NCBI GenBank assembly: GCA_002455955.1
Contig: DKLZ01000086.1
Location: 15,014-79,013 of the forward strand
DNA length: 64,000 bases
Direction: 5' to 3'
From: Dehalococcoidia bacterium UBA6627
GTDB lineage: Bacteria > Chloroflexota > Dehalococcoidia > UBA2979
Each line of letters starts with the position of its first letter. Position 1 is the stretch's first letter. Both the position numbers and the translations under genes were made by a program. Below, one piece after another: positions 1-10,136 of the stretch. Under the pieces are notes generated by a model that worked only from the letters and a program-made list of their open reading frames with translations, searched no databases and was not told where the DNA came from.

Positions 1-76
1 AATCAGTTCCTGAACCATCACTAACCTCCGCGCTGCACTCTCTAACTAGCACTAGCTAATACGCAACTTTTTTAGA

Positions 77-109
77 TTTAGTCATTCTGTGAAAATAAGA
101 ATGACTAAA
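77..109. terminator. Perfect 12-bp-stem hairpin just downstream of the esterase stop; possible transcript-end structure
   Basis: TTTAGTCATTCT (77-88) and AGAATGACTAAA (98-109) are exact reverse complements with a 9-nt loop. The esterase stop is at 143-145 on the minus strand. The T-run lies on the wrong side for a canonical intrinsic terminator on that strand, so the function is uncertain. Confidence 0.3.
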
Positions 110-142
110 ATGGCCCAATCTCTCCTATCCCGATATCAGCAT

Positions 143-1138
143 CTACGCGCGAGCAGGAGCGCGCCCAAACGATGCTTGTAATTCCAGCGCTGCTTCTCGG
201 ATTGCCACCTCACCAGCATCAAAAATGTGTGGAGTGCCGAAAAAGCCGTGCAAGTGACCATCCACCCGATCGAGACGAGTGGATACGCCAGCTGCTTCAA
301 GGCTGCGTGCGTAAGCTTCGCCTTCGTCACATAAAGGATCGTACTCGGCCGTGATCACATGAGCATGGGGTAACCCCGAAAGGTTCGAGGCATGAGCTGG
401 AGATACACGGGGATCAGTGCGACTGACAGGCCCATCATCAGGAACATACTGATCCCAAAACCAAATCATCGAAGCACGGGACAATCCGAAACCGTCCGCA
501 CACGTCTGATACGAAACAGTGTCCATCCTCGAATCGGTAACCGGATAGACTAAAAGCTGATGTACGAGTATTGGGCCTCGATCACGAGCATCTAGCGCAA
601 CGGCAGCAGCAAGGTTGCCACCAGCACTGTCACCACCTACCGCGATCCTTGCAGCATCAGCTCCGAACTCTGCTGCGTGTTCAGCTGCCCAGGAAGTTGC
701 TGCGATACTATCCTCGTAGGCAGCAGGAGCAATGTCCTCAGGTGCATGACGATAGTCGACCGAGATAACAATCGCCTGAGATTGCTGAGCAAGCCGTCGA
801 CATACCGCATCGGCCTCATCGAGTCCGCCGGTCACCCAGCCGCCTCCATGGAACCAGATCAGCAACGGTAATCCTGACTCACCTGACGGCCAATAGATAC
901 GTGCAGGGATTCCCTTATTCACGTCCAATACACGGTCTTCTACTCTCGATAGCTCAGGGCCTTTCGGAACGTCGCCGAGTCCAGCACGGCGACGTTCTCG
1001 AGCAATTGTTGCGCCTGTCTCCCATATCGGCGAAAGAGCCAAGGACGCGAGCTGTTCGAGATATTTCTTCGACTGTGGGTGCAATGTCATCAGATAACTC
1101 CATCCCGGCCGATCTAGCTTGCCGGCCCGAAGCTGCAC
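143..1138 (-). CDS. Alpha/beta-hydrolase, family IV (hormone-sensitive-lipase-like) esterase/lipase
   Basis: 331-aa ORF with the HGGGW oxyanion-hole motif (WFHGGGWVTGG) and the GDSAGGNLA nucleophile elbow. The start could be the internal Met at 1090. Confidence 0.85.
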   Translation of the reverse strand: MQLRAGKLDRPGWSYLMTLHPQSKKYLEQLASLALSPIWETGATIARERRRAGLGDVPKGPELSRVEDRVLDVNKGIPARIYWPSGESGLPLLIWFHGGGWVTGGLDEADAVCRRLAQQSQAIVISVDYRHAPEDIAPAAYEDSIAATSWAAEHAAEFGADAARIAVGGDSAGGNLAAAVALDARDRGPILVHQLLVYPVTDSRMDTVSYQTCADGFGLSRASMIWFWDQYVPDDGPVSRTDPRVSPAHASNLSGLPHAHVITAEYDPLCDEGEAYARSLEAAGVSTRLDRVDGHLHGFFGTPHIFDAGEVAIREAALELQASFGRAPARA

Positions 1139-1162
1139 CTATGTTAGCGACCAATAATCAAA

Positions 1163-2017
1163 TCAGCGCGCCTCAAAATTTGGTTCCCGTCGTTCACGAA
1201 GCGCTGAGCGTGCTTCTTGAGCATCCTGCGAATTAGCAAGAATGCCAGATGCGTTCGATGTTAAGACAGCGGTAGTTTCAAGTGTACTGTCCATTGCCGC
1301 ACGGATAACGCGCTTGTTCACCCAACTCACTAGCGGTGGATTACGCATTATGCGGTCACAGAGCGCACGAACTTCATCTTCGAGCTCATCTGCCGGTACC
1401 ATCTTGTTCAATACTCCCCATTCTGCTGCAGTTTCGGCGTCAAGATGGCCGGTAAACGAGAATTCGAGAGCTCTACCGAGACCAGCGAGCCTTGGTAAGT
1501 AGTAGGCTCCACCATTTTCAATGATCTGGCCGACTTGCTGATAGGAGATGAATCGCGTGTTCTCGCAGCCGTAACGGATATCACACTGTAATGACATACC
1601 CATACCGAATCCGGCAGCAACACCGTTTAGCATCGCGATCGTTGGTTTGCGAATAAAGGAAATGTCCTTCATCAACTTCGTGATTCCGTAATAAAAATGC
1701 TCTCTTGAGGCATCAACCCCTTCAGGTGCAGGAGCATTCCCGAGAAAGTTATCGCCGGCTTCGAAACTCCCTGTGTCAGCGCCACTCACGTCAACACCAG
1801 CACAGAATCCTCGACCAACACCGGTTAACACAATCACCTTCACATCGGGATCGTCGTCTCCAGCACGCATGTATTCGCCAACCTTGGAGAGTGTTCCAGT
1901 TCTCTCAGAACCTCCTACTGCGGCATTGAGCTTTTCCGGACGATTGAACTTAATCCAGAGAATCCCAGTGTCTTCCTTTTCGTATAGCAAGTAAGGAACC
2001 AACTCTAGCTCTTGCAT
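1163..2017 (-). CDS. Enoyl-CoA hydratase/isomerase (crotonase fold)
   Basis: 284-aa ORF with the crotonase signature VIVLTGVGRGFCAGVDV, then KPTIAMLNGVAAGFGM and GGAYYLPRLAG. Confidence 0.85.
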   Translation of the reverse strand: MQELELVPYLLYEKEDTGILWIKFNRPEKLNAAVGGSERTGTLSKVGEYMRAGDDDPDVKVIVLTGVGRGFCAGVDVSGADTGSFEAGDNFLGNAPAPEGVDASREHFYYGITKLMKDISFIRKPTIAMLNGVAAGFGMGMSLQCDIRYGCENTRFISYQQVGQIIENGGAYYLPRLAGLGRALEFSFTGHLDAETAAEWGVLNKMVPADELEDEVRALCDRIMRNPPLVSWVNKRVIRAAMDSTLETTAVLTSNASGILANSQDAQEARSALRERREPNFEAR

Positions 2018-2238
2018 TTCAGTTCTCCTCTAATTCAGGTTCTGAACAACTCAATCGCTCATAGGGGGAACCGCATCGTACGAGAAATGACACCAATTCG
2101 TCAGTGACTCAACTCCATTTCCGTGACGGGCATGTAACCATATCTTCAACATGTTTCGAAGATCCCTGATGTTCCCATGGAAAAAACGTTTGCAAGTGGC
2201 CATGGAGCTATGCCCTATAGATAGAGACTAGTTACTGC

Positions 2239-3507
2239 GTGATGGACCACAACAAAAAAACAGCTGCGAGTAAGAGCGACCGTCACTCTCCTCGCTGCTA
2301 CGCTCAGCTGATGTTTCCAAAGAATGAATCTCAGGCAGATTTGCTCAAAGTTGCAGAACGCCTCGCGGACAAATTCGCAACATCAGCTGCGGAGCACGAC
2401 CGTGAGGGTTCATTCCCAACCGAGAACTTTGAAGAAATGAAGGCAGCCGGTTATCTGGCGGCTGCCATACCGGAGGAATATGGAGGATCTGGCCACGGGC
2501 TAACTGACATCGTGTTAGCACAACTCGCTCTCGCAAAAGGAGACGGCAGCACTGCTCTCAGCGTCGGCATGCATCTGATGACAACTGGCACGGAAGCCAG
2601 TTCACTCTCTTGGCCAGACGAGATCCGTGATCGAATCTTTAGCGACGTCGTTGATAATGGAGCTCTCGTCAACAACATCGCTGCTGAACCGGAAATGGGA
2701 TCACCACGCAGTGGTGGCCGTCCTGCGACCATCCTCAGACCTGATCAACCTGGTCACTGGAAACTCAATGGCCGCAAAACATTCTCGACATTAAGTCCGA
2801 TACTCACGTATTTCATTACCTATTGCAGCATCGAAGATGGCGATAGTGATGTCGGGCGAGTCGTAGTGCATCGTGACCGTTCAGGAATTGCAATCGAAGA
2901 AACTTGGAACTCGATAGGAATGCGGGCAACCGGCTCGCATGATGTTGTTTTCACCGAAGTACCGATCGAGGACAACGATATCATCAACAGACGATCGCTC
3001 GATCAGAATCGTGACGCTATGTCAGTAGGAGGTGCTTGGTTTCCATTGCTGGTCGCAGCAGCCAACCTCGGTGTCTCTGAAGCAGCACGTGACTATGCGG
3101 TTTCGTTCGTGCGCGAGCGCGATCCTGGCGGTCGTGGGCGACTAGCAACGATTCCTTATGTGCGTGAGCACATTGGCAAAATTGATGCGCAGCTGATCGC
3201 CGCCCGTAACCTACTCCTCACCACTGCAGAAGATTGGGAAGAACAACCGGAATGGCGATCCCAACTCGAACCTCACGTTGCTACCGCGAAAATGCTCGCG
3301 ACAAACACAGCAATCGAAGTCGTAGAGACTGCTATGCGCCTTGTCGGTGGTGTAGCGCTCCAACGCAACTTGCCTCTTGAACGATACTTCCGTGACGTAA
3401 GAGGTGGACTCGTAAACCCTCCAATTGACGCTCGTGCCCTTGAACAAATCGCTCATGCTGCTCTCGATGGAGCAAAACCAGATTCGATTACACCACGAAT
3501 CAAATGA
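2239..3507 (+). CDS. Acyl-CoA dehydrogenase family protein
   Basis: 422-aa ORF with EEYGGSGHGL, NGRKTFST, GMRATGSHDVVFTEVPI and C-terminal ERYFRDVRGG, typical of ACAD folds. It opens with GTG at 2239; ATG alternatives are at 2242 and 2311. Confidence 0.8.
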   Translation: MMDHNKKTAASKSDRHSPRCYAQLMFPKNESQADLLKVAERLADKFATSAAEHDREGSFPTENFEEMKAAGYLAAAIPEEYGGSGHGLTDIVLAQLALAKGDGSTALSVGMHLMTTGTEASSLSWPDEIRDRIFSDVVDNGALVNNIAAEPEMGSPRSGGRPATILRPDQPGHWKLNGRKTFSTLSPILTYFITYCSIEDGDSDVGRVVVHRDRSGIAIEETWNSIGMRATGSHDVVFTEVPIEDNDIINRRSLDQNRDAMSVGGAWFPLLVAAANLGVSEAARDYAVSFVRERDPGGRGRLATIPYVREHIGKIDAQLIAARNLLLTTAEDWEEQPEWRSQLEPHVATAKMLATNTAIEVVETAMRLVGGVALQRNLPLERYFRDVRGGLVNPPIDARALEQIAHAALDGAKPDSITPRIK

Positions 3508-3823
3508 GGAGGACCAACTAACAGCGGTCCCTCTGTGAACGAGAATTACATTTCTATCTGGGCTGTTTCAACAAGCAAACGGCTTGCAAAATACAACGCT
3601 GACGACAGATTTTATATTTAGTAACCGGCTGACGGACTATGCGGCGATAGATACGCAAGGACTAGCAACCAACACTCGAGATTTAAAAACATCAAATTAC
3701 ATTCGCTGTTCAACTCAATGATCTTTAGAATGTCGCGAAAGTCAGGCTGCGTATAATTCTGCCAAAACTACAAAGAAACAAAGCCTTAAACGATCAACCC
3801 ACCACTCATGAAAGGGCCTTCCA

Positions 3824-5467
3824 ATGAACGGCAACGAACTGATCGCAAAGATCCTCAAAAGTGAAGGTGTGGAGTGGATGGCATGCTTTCCTTCAAATCC
3901 ACTAATTGATGCAGTAGCCAAAGAAGGTATCCGGCCAATTGCGTTTCGACACGAACGTGGCGCAGTTATGGCGGCTGACGGATTTAGTCGTACTAGCGAT
4001 CGAGAGCGATTCGGAGTGGTCGCAGTCCAGTCACAAGCAGGTGCTGAAAATGCCCTTGGTGGGATCGCACAAGCAGGTGCCGACAATATCCCTATTCTCG
4101 TGCTGCCAGGAGGGAATCCTCTTAACTTGCTAGCAGTTCGACCAAACTACAACGTCAGCGACAACTACCGTGGATTAGTAAAGCACGTAGAAGCAATCTA
4201 CCGATCGGACCAGTTCGGTGACGTCATGCGACGTGCATTCGCCGGACTACGCAATGGCGTACCTGGACCAATGGTCGTCGAGTTGACTTCAGATGTCTGC
4301 AGTGCCGAAACATCCCAGACGCTCGAAGATTACGCCTCTCCAAGTGTGTCGGTACACGTCCCGTCTTCAGGCGATATTCATGACGCAGCGCAAAAGCTTG
4401 TCGACGCTAAACGCCCACTTCTTTGGGCCGGTGGTGGCGTACTAGCCTCTCGTGCCACAGAAGAACTACGAGAGCTAGCAGAACTGATCGCGGCGCCGGT
4501 ATTCACGACAATGCAGGGAAAATCAGCAATAGATGAACGACATCCTCTAGCTCTAGGCGCGGGCGGCGGTACTACCACAGGTCCGGCGCACGAATGGCTT
4601 GGTAGTTGTGACTTAATGTTGGCTTTGGGATCGAGTCTTACACGGACCAGCTATGCACAGGACGTACCGCAGGACGCTTTCTTGATACAGAACACGAACA
4701 ATGCAGACGAAATCGGTAAAGAAGAATCAATCGACATTGGTCTGGTCGGAGACACTAAGCTCACACTGCGAGGCATCATCGATGAAGTGAAATCCATGAT
4801 CGGAGACGAACCACGCGATTCGAAATCTACGGTGGAACAAATCGCCAAGATTCGCTCAGAGTGGATGGCAGAGTGGACACCGCTACTAACCTCAGACAAG
4901 CAACCACTCAACACTTACCGGGTGATCCACGAGATAAACGAAAACATCGACCTCGAGAACAGCATCGTGACGCATGACGCAGGAGCACCGCGGGATTCGA
5001 TTATCCCATTTTTCAAGGCGACCACACCGCACAGCTACGTAGGGTGGGGCAAAACTACTCACCTCGGCTTCGGCATCCCACTGATGATCGGAGCAAAACT
5101 GGCTAATCCAAACAAATTTTGCCTGAACCTCATGGGGGACGGTGCTTTTGGTATGTCCGGTACTGACATCGAAACAGCCTCCCGCTCGAAAGTCGCGATC
5201 ACCACGGTACTACTTAATAACGGAGGTATGGCCACATACGGACCCGGCATGTTCCCAACGGCACGTGAACAATATGGAGTCTCCCATATGCAAGGGGACT
5301 ACGCGATGATCGCCAATGGAATGGGAGCAATCGGCATTTCCGTAACCACTCCTGAAGAGCTAAAAAATGCCCTCATCGCGGCGCAAAAACACAATGCAGA
5401 AGGAGATACCGTGTTAATCGATGTGTACTCAGATATGGAAGGGCGTCGCTCGCGCTGGGATCGATAG
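3824..5467 (+). CDS. Thiamine-diphosphate-dependent enzyme (acetolactate synthase / sulfoacetaldehyde acetyltransferase-like superfamily)
   Basis: 547-aa ORF. The N-terminal PYR domain has FRHERGAVMAADGFSR (catalytic Glu context). The C-terminal ThDP-binding motif is GDGAFGMSGTDIETA...LLNNGG. The substrate cannot be assigned from sequence alone. Confidence 0.8.
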   Translation: MNGNELIAKILKSEGVEWMACFPSNPLIDAVAKEGIRPIAFRHERGAVMAADGFSRTSDRERFGVVAVQSQAGAENALGGIAQAGADNIPILVLPGGNPLNLLAVRPNYNVSDNYRGLVKHVEAIYRSDQFGDVMRRAFAGLRNGVPGPMVVELTSDVCSAETSQTLEDYASPSVSVHVPSSGDIHDAAQKLVDAKRPLLWAGGGVLASRATEELRELAELIAAPVFTTMQGKSAIDERHPLALGAGGGTTTGPAHEWLGSCDLMLALGSSLTRTSYAQDVPQDAFLIQNTNNADEIGKEESIDIGLVGDTKLTLRGIIDEVKSMIGDEPRDSKSTVEQIAKIRSEWMAEWTPLLTSDKQPLNTYRVIHEINENIDLENSIVTHDAGAPRDSIIPFFKATTPHSYVGWGKTTHLGFGIPLMIGAKLANPNKFCLNLMGDGAFGMSGTDIETASRSKVAITTVLLNNGGMATYGPGMFPTAREQYGVSHMQGDYAMIANGMGAIGISVTTPEELKNALIAAQKHNAEGDTVLIDVYSDMEGRRSRWDR

Positions 5468-5500
5468 AAGCAGTCGCGAGTGCTAAGAGACCTCTAAGAC

Positions 5501-6103
5501 TCAATGCAACGTGCCGGAGAACCACTCCGGTGCAAGCATTGAATAGATCTCAAGGTCACAGAAGTCTCCGTTAATAATTTGCGCATCGCGTTGCGTGCCC
5601 TCGTGAACAAAGCCTAGACGCTCAGCCACCGCTCGACTGCGTGTGTTCTCGGTCGCCGCACGGATTGTGACGCGGCGAACGTTTATCTCGGTAACAAGAA
5701 AGTCTGTGAGTACTTGTGCCGCTCTGGTAACTAAACCTCGCCCTTCAGAAGAGGTAGTCATCCAGTAGCCAATATCCGCCGAATGATTCACCGATTCAAT
5801 CGAACATCCGATCATTCCCACGATTGATCGTTCAACGACGATGGCACATGAAAGATTGGTCCCCGCAGCAAGATCCCTACTGCTATGTCGAATAAATGTG
5901 GCTTCATCCGCCACTGACCGAATTGAGTGAACCCACGGCAACCATGCCTCTAGGTGCTGGCGATTCGAATGCACGAGGTAATACATCATCTCCGCATCCT
6001 CGATGCGCAACGGACGAAGTTCGACACTCTCATCAACTGCGATGCACAAGTTTGGATCCAACGCAACAGCCATCATTGCCACTCCTCCAATACAAATAAG
6101 CAA
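5501..6103 (-). CDS. GNAT family N-acetyltransferase (RimJ/RimL-like)
   Basis: 200-aa ORF. LRPLRIEDAEMM, IGYWMTTSSEGRGLVTRAA and NTRSRAVAERLGFVHEG match the RimJ/RimL-type GNAT pattern. The probable start is at Met10/11 (6076/6073). Confidence 0.7.
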   Translation of the reverse strand: MLICIGGVAMMAVALDPNLCIAVDESVELRPLRIEDAEMMYYLVHSNRQHLEAWLPWVHSIRSVADEATFIRHSSRDLAAGTNLSCAIVVERSIVGMIGCSIESVNHSADIGYWMTTSSEGRGLVTRAAQVLTDFLVTEINVRRVTIRAATENTRSRAVAERLGFVHEGTQRDAQIINGDFCDLEIYSMLAPEWFSGTLH

Positions 6104-6236
6104 CTCACTAGCGGCCTGCTATCTCACGGGATATCTCCAACGGAGTACTAGACGTAGCGGAATCTTTAACTCAGTAAACAAATCAATAGGCATCTATCAA
6201 TACTTATCTATTCGCTCACTGCTACAGCTGAAGCAA

Positions 6237-7406
6237 TTAACCTCTAGGTAGACCCAAACCACGTGTTGCGATGATGTTCCGCTGGATTTCGCTGGTACCT
6301 GCCGCAATCGTTCTCGAGACAGTTGCCATGTACGCATAGCAAAGTTCGCCGTCCATCGGTACGTGCCGAGAACCAGAGCGCAACTGACCCCCTAGACCAA
6401 GCATGTTGATCCCGCGGCGAGCATTACGCTGTTGTAGCTCTGTGCCAAACAACTTTGAGATCGACGATTCGTGGTTAGGCACCAAATCATTCGACTGCAT
6501 CCATGACACTCTGTAACCGAGAAGCCTCGCGACGTTAATCTCGATCATGGTGTCAGCTAAGTGTTGCCGGTTTATCGCACCGTCAATGACTCGTCGCCCA
6601 GTCCCAGCACTATCTGATCTCTTCGCATATTCCAGCAATCGCTCGTAGATCGGAACAGCCTCTGCCATACGGTTAATTCCCGATCTTTCGAAGTCAAGTG
6701 TAGTTGCACTGACATACCAGCCTCGATTCTCCTCGCCGATCATGTTCGCCGCCGGCACGCGAACATCCTCAAAAAATGTTTCGTTGAATCCAGGCTCATC
6801 GGTCATTTGTGTGATCGGGCGAATCGAAATTCCAGGTGTACCCATCTCAACCATGAAATAGGAAATCCCACGATGCTTCGGCGCTGTTGGATCAGTTCGC
6901 GTCAGCACATGAATCCAATCAGCATGCTGAGCTCCTGAAGTCCATATCTTTTGCCCATTAATCACAAAATCGTCACCATCATGCACCGCTCGTGTTTGCA
7001 AAGAAGCAAGGTCAGAGCCTGAGCCAGGCTCCGAATAACCCTGACACCATGAGATTTCTGCATGCGCGATTTTAGGCAAGTGCTCTTGCCGCTGTTCTTC
7101 GTTGCCAAACAAAATCAGAGCCGGTCCAAGCCGATCCGCCCCCTGACCGCCAGTCGGAGCCTGCGCAAAGGTAGACTCTTCAGCAAATATCATCTGTTCG
7201 ATATAAGATGCTCCTCCTCCTCCATATTCCTTCGGCCAGGACATCGTTAACCACCCCGCGTCAGCGAGCTCTTGCTGATATGCACGTACTTGCTCGTGAA
7301 GTTGAAGACCTTCGCGGCGCCGAACACCTTCATTCCAATGCTCAGCGATAAATGAACGGACCTGCTCTCGAAAACTCTTCTGGTGATCGTTCCAGGAAAA
7401 TTCCAT
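6237..7406 (-). CDS. Acyl-CoA dehydrogenase (FadE-like)
   Basis: 389-aa ORF with WPKEYGGGGAS, YSEPGSGSDLASLQT, INGQKIWTSGA and GTSEIQRNIIA, all classical ACAD motifs. Confidence 0.85.
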   Translation of the reverse strand: MEFSWNDHQKSFREQVRSFIAEHWNEGVRRREGLQLHEQVRAYQQELADAGWLTMSWPKEYGGGGASYIEQMIFAEESTFAQAPTGGQGADRLGPALILFGNEEQRQEHLPKIAHAEISWCQGYSEPGSGSDLASLQTRAVHDGDDFVINGQKIWTSGAQHADWIHVLTRTDPTAPKHRGISYFMVEMGTPGISIRPITQMTDEPGFNETFFEDVRVPAANMIGEENRGWYVSATTLDFERSGINRMAEAVPIYERLLEYAKRSDSAGTGRRVIDGAINRQHLADTMIEINVARLLGYRVSWMQSNDLVPNHESSISKLFGTELQQRNARRGINMLGLGGQLRSGSRHVPMDGELCYAYMATVSRTIAAGTSEIQRNIIATRGLGLPRG

Positions 7407-7458
7407 ACCACTGCCTCACGATCGGAGAATTGTTAATACTTGCTTTAGCAAATGTCCG

Positions 7459-9975
7459 CTACATCTCAACTACCGCTGCATCAACGATTCCATCCTTATG
7501 CAACTGCGCGATCACATCTACTCCGTACCCGAGCTCTCCGAGGAGTGCGTCGGTGTTCTCCCCAAACAACGGTGCCGCTCCGATACTCAGTGATGACCGA
7601 CTAATGTTCCATAATGGCCCGTGCCGAAGTATGTTTCCCCATTTACTATCCGTAACCGGCGTAACCATTCCAGCTTGAGCAGCGTAAGGATCGGTAGCCC
7701 AAAATTCTCCGGCGGCTGGTCCGTCAGCACGCACACAGCCAAGACCGACCTCTAAGAATAGGCTCTCCCAGTATTCTGCTACCTCTTGAGCAAACATCTC
7801 ACTCAACAACTCGGTCAGTAACACTTCGTTCGCCTCGCGAGCTTCGCGTGTAGCAAATCGCTGATCATCTCCTAATGCAAGATGCTCGATACGTTCGCAA
7901 AAAGTCACCCATTCGGACTCTAAGAGAACCTCGAGAAAAATCCATCCCTCTTTACACTCGTAGAGACGGGAAAGCGGTCCTGTACCGTACAAGTTGCGAT
8001 CTGGGATCGCTCGATCAGGCTTACCGTGGTAGCGAATAAAATCGTCAGCGTTCGCGTAAGCGTTCGCGCCAAACATATCGATCCAAACCCGTTGACCGCC
8101 TTGCCCAGTGCGCTGTGCATACAGTGCCAACAGGGCAGAGGTCATGACAACCATAGCGACATTTGGATCGGGGTTTACTTCGTTCGAGCGAGCCAATCTA
8201 CGGGAGATTTCACGAATATCTTTAAGGTCTAAATCACCACCGTTGGCGTTGGATAGAACTTCTGCACCTGCCTGGAACAGTGCACCACCAACGCCAGCAC
8301 CAGGCACTGGGTGTGCTGAAGGTCGATCGACGCCCGGGCCACTACGGCCATAACCATTCATCGCCAGATAGACTACTTCTGGTCGGATTTCTTTCACTTG
8401 CTCGTAGCCAAAACCGAGCCGTTCCGGTACTCCCGGTCGGAAGTTCGAAACAATCAAATCTGTCTTGACAAGCAATTTCTTCAGGATCTCCTGACCGACT
8501 TCGGTCTTAAGATTGATTGCAATACTCTCCTTGCCTGTATTGACACGCATTGCACCGACACCATCAGCAAGCTGACGGTAAGGATCACCTCCCATCGGCT
8601 CGACCTTAATCACACGTGCACCAAGATCGGCTAACTGTGACACTCCAAGAGGCACCGCAATAATCGACGCAAATTCAAGCACAGTAAGTCCTGATAACGG
8701 TGGCTCCGCGTCATCCTGGTAAGTCTCTTTGGTGCTAGCCCTATCCCATTTCTCTTTCAATACTCCGAGCGTGTGCTGACCGGATAATGGTGCGGCACCA
8801 CCAACCTGACCAGGCGTGTGTTCTAAATCAGCAATCAAGCCCAACTGAAAACAACGAGCTTGTTCTTCCTGTGTCTCAAACTGCTTCTCACTGACTATTG
8901 AGTCAGTAACTGCAATGTCTTCCTTAATCTGAACTCCTAGTCGCGGATCAGTCACTTCGACGAGATGTCCGTTCTCAATAATGTCCGGGTCGCTAAGCGC
9001 CTGTTGGGTGGTCTGAAATTTGTGTGCCGCAATGTTCCCTAGCTCAGTAAACTGCTCAATCCATTCGTCGGCTGTCTTCTCCTGCATTCGTAAAAGAATC
9101 TTGTCACGCACCTCTTCTAGGACGTCAGGATCCCATGTGGCCGGTGAGCCCTGTGTACGATCGTCAACCAGAACATCGGTCATCTCAGCCGCGGCAATAA
9201 AGCTATCGAATTGTTGTTTTAGCAGATTTCCAGGCTGCATCCACTGGCCGCCCTTGGTCAGTACCGGCTGATATTGAATCGAAGGCATTCGCTTCCCTGG
9301 CGCCAGCAAAGGGTCATCTCCTCCAAACAGTGATGGATGAGTATTTGCAAGTTGTAGGCGGATCAATTCACCTTGTTCATAAGGGATCATGCCACGCAAC
9401 ATGCTGGTTTCGATGTACTGCCCGAGTCCGATCCGTTCACGTGCAATCAAACCAGCGAGAACACCCGATATCGTCGCTTGTGCCGCTGCGTGCGATGCCA
9501 CTCGAACCGACGCGAATTGCGGACCTGCACGCGACGCCGTGCCGGCGAAGTTTTGCATACGTCCAGATTTCGCTGCAACGACACCTTCGTAGCCAGGAAG
9601 ATCCATATACGGACCAGATGAACCGAAGCCGTCGAGCTGCAGATACACAATCCTACTATTACGTGAAGCAAGCACATCGTAATCACAACCAAGATCAATA
9701 GCTGCACGTGCTCGAAAATTACTGACAACCACATCCGCAGCATCCGTTAATTCGTAGAGATGCTCCTGTCCGACTTTGTCCTTCAAATCCAACTCGACGG
9801 AGCGCTTCCCGCGCAACCACATCGGAGAGTTACTCAAGAAACGAAAGGGGTCGCCACCTGGACGTTCGATCTTGACCACGTCGGCGCCAAAATCTGACAA
9901 CACCATCGTTGCTATACCAGCCACGGGACCACTAGATAGGTCTATAACTCTCAGTCCTTCAAGGGGTCCAGTCAT
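7459..9975 (-). CDS. Two-domain family III CoA-transferase (two CaiB/BaiF/Frc-like modules in one chain)
   Basis: 838-aa ORF. The N-terminal module opens LEGLRVIDLSSGPVAGIATMVLSDFGADVVKIERPGGDP. The second module opens LSGLTVLEFASIIAVPLGVSQLADLGARVIKVEPMGGDP. Confidence 0.85.
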   Translation of the reverse strand: MTGPLEGLRVIDLSSGPVAGIATMVLSDFGADVVKIERPGGDPFRFLSNSPMWLRGKRSVELDLKDKVGQEHLYELTDAADVVVSNFRARAAIDLGCDYDVLASRNSRIVYLQLDGFGSSGPYMDLPGYEGVVAAKSGRMQNFAGTASRAGPQFASVRVASHAAAQATISGVLAGLIARERIGLGQYIETSMLRGMIPYEQGELIRLQLANTHPSLFGGDDPLLAPGKRMPSIQYQPVLTKGGQWMQPGNLLKQQFDSFIAAAEMTDVLVDDRTQGSPATWDPDVLEEVRDKILLRMQEKTADEWIEQFTELGNIAAHKFQTTQQALSDPDIIENGHLVEVTDPRLGVQIKEDIAVTDSIVSEKQFETQEEQARCFQLGLIADLEHTPGQVGGAAPLSGQHTLGVLKEKWDRASTKETYQDDAEPPLSGLTVLEFASIIAVPLGVSQLADLGARVIKVEPMGGDPYRQLADGVGAMRVNTGKESIAINLKTEVGQEILKKLLVKTDLIVSNFRPGVPERLGFGYEQVKEIRPEVVYLAMNGYGRSGPGVDRPSAHPVPGAGVGGALFQAGAEVLSNANGGDLDLKDIREISRRLARSNEVNPDPNVAMVVMTSALLALYAQRTGQGGQRVWIDMFGANAYANADDFIRYHGKPDRAIPDRNLYGTGPLSRLYECKEGWIFLEVLLESEWVTFCERIEHLALGDDQRFATREAREANEVLLTELLSEMFAQEVAEYWESLFLEVGLGCVRADGPAAGEFWATDPYAAQAGMVTPVTDSKWGNILRHGPLWNISRSSLSIGAAPLFGENTDALLGELGYGVDVIAQLHKDGIVDAAVVEM

Positions 9976-10136
9976 GATGATTCACCTTCGATTCACATTC
10001 CCATATCGTAATTCGCTCTAGCCAAGGATCACAGACCTATAAAGTCATAATTGCGAAATTTGTTCCTGCGCGAAATCTGCATATAAAAAACTAGACCAGA
10101 CGAGCAAATCAAGTTAACAACCGCGAATTGAACGCC

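Noticed and set aside
2142-2163. Near-palindrome ATCTTCAACATGTTTCGAAGAT in the crotonase/ACAD divergent region (possible TetR-type operator)
   Set aside because: The centre is out of register, so the symmetry is imperfect. No regulator gene is nearby and conservation is unknown.
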